Of a stretch of 64,000 nt of DNA, positions 45,601 to 50,237 are shown piece after piece. Origin of the DNA: an uncultured Bacteroidales bacterium. Its GTDB lineage: Bacteria > Bacteroidota > Bacteroidia > Bacteroidales > ML635J-15. The DNA lies in the NCBI GenBank assembly GCA_905234755.1, contig CAJOIT010000002.1:26405-90404 (forward strand). The letters are read 5' to 3'. The notes below the pieces were generated by a model. The model saw only the letters and a program-made list of their open reading frames with translations. It had not been told where the DNA came from and did no database searches. The translations under genes were made by a program, and so were the position numbers. Position 1 is the first letter of the stretch, and each line of letters begins with the position of its first letter.

Positions 45601-47932
45601 TCATAGCAACTAGCGATTCGGTTGCCGTTGCAGGATTCGACGAGGTTGAAACCAATATGTCATACTTTACGCCATCGCCAGACGCACGCGTCAATGATAC
45701 TGATGTTGAACCTTGGACATTAGCAGTTAAAGTAGCGGTCTTGTCGCAACTGGTAACAAAGCTTACCGCACTGCTCCATGGTCCATACATATCTTGTGTA
45801 CAATAACTGCGAATGTATGCATAATACTGGGTGGCTGGTGTAAGACCGTTCACTGTTTGCGTAGTCGATGTCATAGCAACTGGCGATTCGGTTGCCGTTG
45901 CTGGATCTGACGAGGTCGAAACCAATATGTCATACTTCACGCCATCGCCAGAGGTACGCGTCAATGATACTGATGTTGCACTTTGGACATTAGCAGTTAA
46001 AGTAGCGGTCTTGTCGCACGTTGTAACAAAACTTACAGCACTGCTCCATGGTCCATGCGTGTATTCTGAACAATAGCTGCGTATATATGCGTAGTATCGT
46101 GTACCAGGGATTAAGCCTGTTATTGTCTGTGCAGCGGAAGTCATCGCAACCGGCGTTTCAGTTGCGGCTTCGGGATCAGATGAAGTGGAAACCAGAATTT
46201 CATACTTTACACCGTTACCCGATGTACGATTAATCGATGCAGAAGAACTTCCAGTTGAACTAGCATTTATTGTTGCGATTTCATTACAAGGTTTTGCTAT
46301 CGAAATGTCATCGACAGCCGCTGGAGGATTTGTACCGGCACTATCATCATTCTTCCAATAAAACACAAGAGTATATGCTCCGGCAGTTGAAATTGTGATA
46401 GTTTTTGTTGAAGTAATCCAATCACTTTCACGATTAGTCCACAAGAACACTCCCGATGTATTGTAACTTTGTGAAACATCGGCCACATTAATATAACTGG
46501 TGGCAGGAAATGAATTTGTACTGCCAGAAACATTACTGGCTGGCGGAAATGTAGTACCCGATGGCACCAACGCGGCGTACATGGCATCCCAGCAACCACT
46601 TTCGCCTCGAGCTTTCCACTTGAACGAAACTACATAATCGCCAGTATTGGCAAAATAAAATGAACGATATGCATATCCGTACGAAGAACTACCATTATCA
46701 TAGGAATACGAAGAACCATCATTAGTTATATACAAAGAATTAGAACCGCCACTGCTCGTACCACTTCCAATCATCCAGTAGTTTGTATAAGAACCATTTG
46801 AGAATGTCCAGCGACCATTTTCAGTACTATTTTCAAAGTCACAGTAATATGGAGGCGCACCGATAACACTTTCCACCTTCACTGAATATTGAGCTTTTTG
46901 TGAAGAATAATAATTATCCGCTATAAGATAATAGGTTGTACCGCCAGTCAACGAAAGAGATTTTGCCCCAGAATTCCAACAATTACCAATTACATTTGTT
47001 CCTGTATTTCCATAAGAAGACATCAAGAAGAAATCCGGGTCGCCTGAAGGTTGAGCCGCTGTAAAAACATACGAACCGGAAAATGGCGGCGTGAAAGAAA
47101 AAACATGCTCTTCTCCAGGTTCTTCGTAACCACAACTTGTGTATGTATTCCAAACACTAACAGTTCCCAATGTTCCTGTATATGTAACCCCAAGTTCCAT
47201 AGGTGTAACAGGATCAAACAGATAGTATCTGCCAGCATCAGGCCAAGTAGAAGCTGCTATCGTAGTACTCTGTCCGCTTGTATAATGCGTCATATTATGG
47301 GACGCATCCACCAGAATTATATCATTGCCTCCTGTGCACATACCATGCTGGCATACAACTGCAGGATTTACAGAAGGAAGCGAAGACGGATAAATTACAA
47401 TTATCTTGTTTGTAGTTTCATACAACTGCACCTGCCAAGAGTATATGTTTCCTCGCGATGACGAGTTATAAGTGGTTGTTGCAAACTCGATTACACAAAC
47501 CCTATTAGGAGAAGTTCCCAGCACCTCATACTTAACATACCCACCATCTGCTTCAGAAGGCATATAGCCGTCGCAACCGAAAAAGTTTATCTTCGGAGCA
47601 TTTGATGCAGCATTAGAACTGGAAAAAGGACTACTATAATTATACGTTCCAGTCACAGTTTCGCCAAACTTCAGGTTACCATCGGCATTTACAGAAAATT
47701 GCGTATAATTTGTCGCACCAAACTTAAATGAAAAACCTAAGTCATGTACAGCAGAAACTGCATAATCTCCTCCACCGGTCAGGATTGTCGTTGGACTTGA
47801 AAACGTTCTCCACAGACTAGTATTCGTACCTGTAGTAAACTTATAATCTGCCAATGATTGTCCAAATGCTGTAATACTAAATGACATAACAGCCATCAAA
47901 ACAAAAATACCCAAGCATATTTTATTTCTCAT
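33599..47932 (-). CDS. Giant (about 4,777 aa) modular FN3 / jelly-roll / B-repeat surface protein, T9SS type A cargo
   Basis: Uninterrupted 14.3-kb ORF. The ORF-track start at 47956 is TTG. The ATG at 47932 gives the signal peptide MRNKICLGIFVLMAVMSFSITAFGQ. I count 9 MAM/choice-of-anchor-J-like jelly-roll modules, 18 FN3 units, 3 cadherin-like sandwiches, 2 PPC-like domains, 9 B-repeats and a Por_Secre_tail domain. Confidence 0.9.
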   Translation of the reverse strand: MRNKICLGIFVLMAVMSFSITAFGQSLADYKFTTGTNTSLWRTFSSPTTILTGGGDYAVSAVHDLGFSFKFGATNYTQFSVNADGNLKFGETVTGTYNYSSPFSSSNAASNAPKINFFGCDGYMPSEADGGYVKYEVLGTSPNRVCVIEFATTTYNSSSRGNIYSWQVQLYETTNKIIVIYPSSLPSVNPAVVCQHGMCTGGNDIILVDASHNMTHYTSGQSTTIAASTWPDAGRYYLFDPVTPMELGVTYTGTLGTVSVWNTYTSCGYEEPGEEHVFSFTPPFSGSYVFTAAQPSGDPDFFLMSSYGNTGTNVIGNCWNSGAKSLSLTGGTTYYLIADNYYSSQKAQYSVKVESVIGAPPYYCDFENSTENGRWTFSNGSYTNYWMIGSGTSSGGSNSLYITNDGSSYSYDNGSSSYGYAYRSFYFANTGDYVVSFKWKARGESGCWDAMYAALVPSGTTFPPASNVSGSTNSFPATSYINVADVSQSYNTSGVFLWTNRESDWITSTKTITISTAGAYTLVFYWKNDDSAGTNPPAAVDDISIAKPCNEIATINASSTGSSSASINRTSGNGVKYEILVSTSSDPEAATETPVAMTSAAQTITGLIPGTRYYAYIRSYCSEYTHGPWSSAVSFVTTCDKTATLTANVQSATSVSLTRTSGDGVKYDILVSTSSDPATATESPVAMTSTTQTVNGLTPATQYYAYIRSYCTQDMYGPWSSAVSFVTSCDKTATLTANVQGSTSVSLTRASGDGVKYDILVSTSSNPATATESLVAMTSTTQTVSGLTPATQYYAYIRSYCTQDMYGPWSSAVSFVTTCDKTATLTANVQSSTSVSLTRASGDGVKYDVLVSTSSNPATATESPVAMTSTTQTITGLTPETQYYAYIRSYCTQDMYGPWSSAVGFVTSCGATGELSVNVLSPSSALLTRVSGNGVKYEILVSTSSNPATATESPILMTSDTQEITGLTPLAHYYAYIRAYCTESTHGEWSSAIEFIPRVPPATIPYTCDFENSTENEKWTLANDGQVNCWIIGSYTSVSPSNSLYITYNNSANYYTGDVSYVYAWRLINFANAGSYLLSFKWKCNGESRWDLLRAFLIPTSVNPVLNGGYSNNQSGSSNSTPSRWIDVANPEGQLSLHSDWQISSRTIDISTAGDYYWVFFWKNDGSGTYSPPAAVDDIEIAEPCTATASLSANVLGSSSVEITGTSGSGLGYQVLLTTSSDPEAATESPVVMTSTTQTITGLTPDTHYYAYIRSGCSEYNYGEWSSAVEFDTPDCKVANLSVATTPTRATITWTGGTLSTSYQLYISEEEMSDSDLEEASLVTLSNTSYTVSNLPVMTRYYVYVRSYCGQTEYSDWVSAEFYLPLEAKNLPYHENFESGAVENWVMRNGINGWYVGSGTSSGGSYSLYISDNNGGSNHYDLGSTSESYAFCCLNIGTPSIVNVSFDWKCNGDYYQSYYYYIDDYLNVFLIPVSLEPTFTEYIYNGSVPSGWISVSGGLVGNSNWSTVSEQFTLTEEKYYLAFYWKNDGGYGYQPPAAIDNLHVTSPLSCLYSGNINVSDIGKTSATFSWPDGEYVSQWQLLVTTASDPDEATEMPILVENTSYTLNDLIPETDYHVYLRGYCSATNLGLWYESEFATLPYCLPVVNVAVNDYDRTSVEFSWTDVEGVSQWEVLVSASNEPALATESPISVNTTSATVGGLEMNTQYYVYVRAYCSAEHQSPWSEGVEFTTWPPCVGSTDIHLSVLSATSARIVWDHPYTNNFHVYVSPTTMTESQLEALGSEEYVTVNTSAVMSYYADGLTPNQTYYFYISADCNDGFGDWTYFQFTTESDEVMPLPYYQDFESDVLQNWHLNNDSNGWYEGNAVANTGDKSLYISSDYGETNTYTTNNTSYSYAYCRLRADYPLVVNVSFDWWCYGESSYDLLHAYMIPASVNPVLVAGEANGMTSSTNTAPEGWIEASELLRRNSSWQRSSSEVALRESGEYYLVFFWKNDGGVGTMPPAAVDNISVEVASTCLFPENIAVTLVGKNSVALSYDYDGAATQWQVLVTTADNAEEATETPVLVNSLTPNVGGLNPNTRYKAFVRTYCSESEQSSWVGGVSFTTLPPCEPIYELKAFVRPSSVDLSWRHPYDVTNYRIVKSETELTDVELASAEYLEQRATTYTDNSLTPGHTYHIYVTVDCGDNEISDWVHTTFTTPETEALPLPYYEDFEDGVVENWVTSNNTVGWYLGTATGNNSDWSMYVSMDGGANNSYCWTNTTDYSYAYCRLRFDRQGVVRVKLDWKCVGWYYHHSVRPFLIPVGLNPSLNAGNANGMSNSLSSPNGWINALDINALSEYSVSDGWNWHTNSKEHNIMEPGDYYLVFFWSDNNRERDDPPGAIDNISVEYVSYCMFEGNVSVDNITRNSADISWTSATGSQWQVLVTMSDNPDEATESPVLVSTMSYVAENLDENPDYPNGNYYVFVRTYCSESEQSPWSRAVRFSTLPPCEPVYGLTADVLQDNAYISWFSPYSYSSYLLYPSFTEMSDDEINAESYYITSTSLDYNLDLPEPGQGYHIYISPGCSDYEHSSWTHLYFETPDINIMSLPYYQDFESDYIQGWRRDNESNGWYFGTAVSRDGERAMYVSNDRGATYGFNNSGSSYSDAYFAINMDSPGGINVSFDWLCDGVEYSYYGTTEIYNGMGVYLVPYESNSPFELVYDYDNWIYVGSFVNSASSTWERFSGNVYSLESGNYFVVFEWFNNYYSSPFPAAVDNISIVRLSDENDILSFAFDGADNVHIDTENHIITCDVPYSWNLRGVTPQIEISDLATISPQSGEAVNLSYPFVYTVTAESGISQEWTVMVSRRDAVADVEILSFWTDGLFDVTIDHDNATVNATLSRMYDITSIVPTIEISPLASINQIEGRAYDFTNPRVFTVTAENGVDTKDWIINVTYIDSPLGADCSNPYVVDAENDLPYFNSATTEGLYNMINTYYTDRPEFGFELPGNDAVYRIDLQARKMLVIDAHSFSGVFNVFVMNNCGSLYSYMVDSKTNETNASFSVDCLAGSTYVIIDSDGADVSYEIQIYALPHCYVVNDLDAVRLQNELDVTWSSDNVGDNWTLKYGNQGFDLDTEGTEVSLTDTHYEITGLPESTPYDIYVRANCTGENGNSEWSLLSTSTIAACQYPEGLTASNIYDDEATLSWLGFNMTQWEVGYKKESDSEYTTFTVDETTVTLTDLQLSTTYNVRVRTLCDNENSVYAEIEFTTPCIIVRNFPYIEDFNSDVFPPVCWSQERTAAGTGTGVSYINGAWMSASAVVGDNSTPKALLADTRAGSVHNLASTAIKFAETINGYSISLDVYRSTNSASAADEGVEVWVNSYPDIVNGNPQKLGYISKNYLVSDGDEVGEELSAGWYTYTFNARTGVGINYVILVGKANNAGGVYVDNLTIDQAVDCIAPRNLIVESVGEESVVLAWSDINAINGTWLVRYSIDGGAAVQATVDEPRLTIGGLQSGVSYNISAEIQGVCVAGVESDWYSATVEATTDCQIVDLPYTQDFEVANGELPDCWRTTSNRRNTWSVSDGVAHLAYGNSQVEAHLLSPRFNLTADVHYSLEFDVLQSTQNITRPDSLFVLYVNNYRTDTLRSIAIQNASSNGMTRMSINVPQYVGEARFDFVLSGYRECSIDNILLRPMSSEAEILTFEVPEQTAESVIDSENATISVYVASVSNSMYFTPTFTISENATVNVQSGVQRNFSVPVEYIVTAEDGVTSKTWTVSVGLDENYCPNPSADDIYFYEYGDSADIYIYPANNETSYNLKISSQPIDPETETAELFDGIIEPDSVGYGWRRSVIEGLDAYTYYYIYVQSNCGATGWTEKTACGIFTLPYEQDFSDVDCWEIDDYNNDGRTWSIANGEAMYTFSRTNQADDYLVSPKLQILQNAKLEFKYKAGNFSYPETFLVLVSNGNDTVQLDSLTVSNETYQTYGPVDLSDFAGQLVDIEIQCKSEANRYRLYIDDFKVLVSDYVINVSSEGNGTISPDGIVEVAPGESAEFAIVPDEYNDLLSLTLDGEDVSDEVVDGIYTLADVNAEHTLIATFTERYTFTASAGEGGHIVTDGVTVAEHGDTVSFVVIPDEGYRPGDVIVDGIAEQLEQGSYIYTFENVEASHTIHATFNQIIYHTIHVVAGDNGLVSPSGDVVVEEGENLTISVIPYDDFIIREFLVDGVDAVEELIAHGYNYYFENITADHNVQVSFVENVYYPIAVSYGEHGTITPNGDVSVENGTDQTFYIVPDAGYHIVSVTVDDEDVPSAVAEGEYTFVNVTEDHTIHAEFAINTYTIVAYAQGGTITPSGTITVNHGDNLTLEFEPEAEYELLNFLVDNISQDVEGNSYAFDSITADHAVVAIFTPMNIIRHEITATAGVHGSISPSGRVRVVDGESQTFQIIPDEHYYISSLLVDGEAVDVADSYQFQNVTADHTISASFEVYKHVVTAIAGEHGSVNPSGEQEVDEGSDITFTFAPSVGYIVSEVLVDDISVEFTGNSYTLQNVLEDHVVRVNFDLLPMWSITAVSGANGSITPNGTQYVLNGDDIEFTFVPNDGYMLDRVVVDGQGFSPESNTYMFENVTENHYIYVSFRPLVYFITAEAGPHGELSPSGIVEVEPGATQVFTFNPYIGYELDSVFVDGEYIITDGNTYEFADVNENHTFRVTFKHIAVGVADEVAVSTSLYPNPNDGRFMVDFAGISGNLVYQLVNASGAIIEERDIYVDEGMTMEFYHELRPGVYFARFVSGDKVLVERFVVE
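33602..33838 (-). other. T9SS type A C-terminal sorting domain (Por_Secre_tail, TIGR04183-like)
   Basis: SLYPNPNDGRFMVDFAGISGNLVYQLVNASGAIIEERDIYV...LRPGVYFARFVSGDKVLVERFVVE. Confidence 0.85.
33839..35935 (-). repeat. 9 tandem InlB-B-repeat-like units (about 78 aa)
   Basis: Recurrent pattern Y.I.A.AG..G.ISP.G...V..G....F.I.P..GY.....VDG........Y.F.NV...H.I...F. Confidence 0.6.
39125..39645 (-). other. Two cadherin-like/DUF5018-like beta-sandwich modules
   Basis: ILSFAFDGADNVHIDTENHIITCDVPY...VTPQIEISDLATISPQSGEAVNLSYPFVYTVTAESG..EWTV, plus a second copy. A third copy lies at about 36655-36915. Confidence 0.4.
44961..46310 (-). repeat. 5 tandem 270-bp units (90-aa FN3); the central three are near-identical
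   Basis: The string ctgctccatggtccat recurs at 45231, 45501, 45771 and 46041 (period exactly 270). Protein copies 2-4 differ at 7-8 of 90 residues. Confidence 0.9.
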
Positions 47933-48024
47933 ATCAATAAATTTTATTCGTTTCAAAAATCTAAAATTCGTGAGGCAAGCATCTACAAAATGAGAACAAT
48001 ACCTCTAATAAATATAAAAACGCG

Positions 48025-48032
48025 CAAACTTA
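48025..48032 (-). promoter_or_regulatory. Candidate -7 box TAAGTTTG for giant gene 2
   Basis: TAnnTTTG match on the minus strand, 92 nt upstream of the ATG at 47932. The nearest TTTG is only 12 nt upstream, so the -33 element is non-canonical. Confidence 0.35.
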
Positions 48033-48034
48033 CA

Positions 48035-48050
48035 AATTTGAATTCAAATT
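48035..48050. promoter_or_regulatory. Perfect 16-bp palindrome AATTTGAATTCAAATT abutting the candidate promoter
   Basis: Read directly from the sequence. It lies 3 nt upstream (on the minus strand) of the candidate -7 box. Confidence 0.4.
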
Positions 48051-48097
48051 GACAAGAAAAAATTAAGAAATATACCTTATAAATATAAAAGAATCTG

Positions 48098-48181
48098 AAT
48101 GAACAATGGATAATTAGCAATGGAAAATTGATAATGTATAATGGACAATGGACAATTTACAATTGATAATGGATAATTGGC
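48098..48181 (+). repeat. 12 in-phase heptads AATKNAY in the divergent spacer upstream of giant gene 2
   Basis: AATGAAC AATGGAT AATTAGC AATGGAA AATTGAT AATGTAT AATGGAC AATGGAC AATTTAC AATTGAT AATGGAT AATTGGC. Confidence 0.85.
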
Positions 48182-48272
48182 ATAACCATAAAAATGTGCA
48201 CCGTCCATAAAATATCAAAGCCACATTCTCACCATCGAAAACCGATTTTTAGTCCCAGACAAGCAAAAACAT

Positions 48273-48320
48273 TTCGTCCCTCGCAAAATACTTCGCCCCT
48301 CATTTTGAAATTTCGCCCCT
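48273..48320 (+). promoter_or_regulatory. Three direct repeats TTCGYCCCT at 19-20 bp spacing
   Basis: TTCGTCCCT at 48273-81, TTCGCCCCT at 48292-300, and TTCGCCCCT at 48312-20, all 115-160 nt upstream of the acyl-CoA ligase ATG. Confidence 0.45.
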
Positions 48321-48433
48321 AAAAACGAACTTTTACGACTGAAATACAGCGCAATACCACATTTATTTTATCAGCACTTTTAAAGTGTATTCCTTTGCAT
48401 CGCAAAATTCAAAACAATTTAAATAAAGGAAAA

Positions 48434-50053
48434 ATGATAAAGGAATTATTTGTTGATTATTACAAGAACGCAATTGTAAACAACTGGAATCTCCCTGCTT
48501 TGCAGGACTACGACAACAAAGAATCAGTAATCACTTTCGGAAAATTAGGCAACAATATATTAAGGTTGCACAAATTGTTCAAGGACTGTGGCATAAAGGA
48601 AAACGACAAGATCGTTCTCGTCGGCAAAAACTCAGTAAACTGGGGATGCGTTTACCTCGCAGCAACTACTTATGGTGCAGTTATCGTTCCTCTGCTTCAG
48701 GACTTTACACCTAAAGACATATACGCACTGACCAACCACTCCGATGCTCGCTTGGCATTCGTTTCGGAATACATCTTAAACAAGATGGATGTCAGCAACT
48801 TCACAATCGTTGAGGAAATTTTCAAGCTCGATAACTTCGATTCTTACTACACTCGTAACGGCGAACAGCACACTTTCGACCGTAATATGCAGGAAATTAC
48901 CGCAAAAGATTTTACATTGCCGAATCTTCCAAACGACAAGCTAGGCGTAATCCTCTATACATCAGGCACATCAGGTAGTCCTAAGGGCGTAATGCTGACG
49001 CTCAACGCTTTAGCAGCAAATATAAAGTTCGCACGCGAGAACATGTTCCTCGTAAGCGGCGACAAGTTGGTTTCGTTCCTTCCGCTCGCACACTGCTACG
49101 GCTGTGCATTCGACTTCCTCTACCCGCTCACCGAAGGATGCCACATAATCTTCCTCGGCAAACTGCCTTCACCGCAGGTAATACTCAAGGCATTCGGCGA
49201 ATACAAGCCACGCTTGATACTTTCGGTTCCGCTGATTCTCGAAAAGATATACAAAGGCAAAATTAAGCCGACACTCGAAAAACCTGCAGTTAAGTTCATG
49301 ACAAAAGTTCCAGGACTCCGCAGCATCATTTATCGCAAGATTCGCAAGACCCTCGAAGACGCTTTCGGCGGAAACTTCATCGAGCTTATCCTCGGTGGTG
49401 CAAAGGTAAACCGCGAAGTTGAAACTTTCCTCAAGAAAATCGGATTCCGCTTCACCGTTGGCTACGGCATGACCGAATGCGGACCACTTGTAGCATACAG
49501 TGGCTGGAAGACAAACCCAATGTACGCAGCAGGCAAGCTTGTCGACTGCCTCGAAGCAAAGGTAGAATCGAGCACACCAGGCAAAATCGGAGAAATCCTT
49601 CTCCGTGGCGAAAACATAATGTGCGGTTACTACAAGAACCCAGAAGAAACAGCAAGAGCTCTCGACAGCGAAGGTTGGTTGCATACCGGCGACCTCGGCA
49701 TTATCGACAAAGACGGCTTCATTTCACTCAAAGGTCGTAGCAAGACCATGATTCTCACCAGCTCGGGACAAAATGTATATCCAGAAGAAATCGAATCGAG
49801 ACTCTGCAACTTCCCATTGGTTTCGGAATGCGTAGTTGTAAGTCGCGCTGCCAAGATAGTTTCGATAATCTACCCGAACCCTGATCTCACAAAGGGAATG
49901 TCTCCAGAGCAAATCGAAACCGAACTTGCTGAATACCAAAAGCAAATAAATTCCGAAATGCCAGCCTATATGCAAATCAACAAGATTCAGGTTCGCGACC
50001 AGGAATTTGAAAAAACGCCTAAAAAGAGTATCAAGAGATACCTATACGAATAA
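48434..50053 (+). CDS. AMP-dependent acyl-CoA synthetase (long-chain fatty acid-CoA ligase-like)
   Basis: AMP-binding motif LYTSGTSGSPKGV, plus GYGMTECG and TGDLG. The ORF-track start at 48395 is TTG. The ATG at 48434 (MIKELF) is preferred. Confidence 0.85.
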   Translation: MIKELFVDYYKNAIVNNWNLPALQDYDNKESVITFGKLGNNILRLHKLFKDCGIKENDKIVLVGKNSVNWGCVYLAATTYGAVIVPLLQDFTPKDIYALTNHSDARLAFVSEYILNKMDVSNFTIVEEIFKLDNFDSYYTRNGEQHTFDRNMQEITAKDFTLPNLPNDKLGVILYTSGTSGSPKGVMLTLNALAANIKFARENMFLVSGDKLVSFLPLAHCYGCAFDFLYPLTEGCHIIFLGKLPSPQVILKAFGEYKPRLILSVPLILEKIYKGKIKPTLEKPAVKFMTKVPGLRSIIYRKIRKTLEDAFGGNFIELILGGAKVNREVETFLKKIGFRFTVGYGMTECGPLVAYSGWKTNPMYAAGKLVDCLEAKVESSTPGKIGEILLRGENIMCGYYKNPEETARALDSEGWLHTGDLGIIDKDGFISLKGRSKTMILTSSGQNVYPEEIESRLCNFPLVSECVVVSRAAKIVSIIYPNPDLTKGMSPEQIETELAEYQKQINSEMPAYMQINKIQVRDQEFEKTPKKSIKRYLYE

Positions 50054-50084
50054 TCGAAACACACAACAAAAACTCCTAATGAAG

Positions 50085-50117
50085 AAGCGCAGGCCTCCCA
50101 AGTCTGCGCTTTTTTTG
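50085..50117 (+). terminator. Intrinsic terminator
   Basis: AAGCGCAG-loop-CTGCGCTT followed by TTTTTT. Confidence 0.8.
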
Positions 50118-50130
50118 TGTGAAATATTTA

Positions 50131-50160
50131 TGTAGCGGCGCAAAGCATTGCGCCGCTACA
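50131..50160. repeat. 30-nt GC-rich palindrome (REP-like family, copy 2)
   Basis: TGTAGCGGCGCAA-AGCA-TTGCGCCGCTACA. Confidence 0.85.
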
Positions 50161-50237
50161 AGAAATATCAAACCAGCAAGCATATTTTATGTTTTTAGAA
50201 AAATTCTATATCTTCGCAACCGATAAAAAATAATACT

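Larger units (their letters stand above)
35936..46870 (-). repeat. Nine supermodules, each a jelly-roll followed by 1-5 FN3 units
   Basis: Jelly-roll starts recur as (L)PY(Y).(Q/E)(D/N)FE......W, and ends as YY(L)VF(F)WKNDG....PPAAVD(N/D)I(S). FN3 units end in YY.Y(I/V)R.YC....S.W. Confidence 0.55.

Noticed and set aside
34058-47461. Antisense and out-of-frame ORFs inside giant gene 2 (for example 34655-35209, 39808-40305, and the near-identical 45561-45806 and 45831-46076).
   Set aside because: They are shadow ORFs of the 14.3-kb frame. The near-identical pair simply reflects the 270-bp sense-strand repeats.
19178-47932. A diversity-generating retroelement or phase-variation switch acting on the giant adhesin genes.
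   Set aside because: There is no reverse transcriptase or template repeat. No site-specific recombinase gene is present. I noticed no long homopolymer or dinucleotide tract in the 5' coding regions.
47933-47956. ORF-track N-terminal extensions that begin at TTG (47956, 48395, 14585, 60117, 7560, 3891).
   Set aside because: In each case a nearby in-frame ATG gives a canonical signal peptide, a stop/start overlap or a conserved N-terminus. The extensions add no recognisable sequence.
47990-48052. A 20-codon plus-strand ORF (MRTIPLINIKTRKLTNLNSN) upstream of the 48098 heptad array.
   Set aside because: I considered it because heptad arrays elsewhere follow stop codons. There is no promoter box, and AT-rich spacer readily yields such ORFs.
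33541-48181. Inverted arrays interpreted as terminal inverted repeats of a transposon or as an invertible segment.
   Set aside because: There is no transposase, integrase or invertase in the window and no target-site duplication that I could see. A related array also occurs at an unrelated gene end (5661-5703). I keep this as an observation, not as a mobile-element call.
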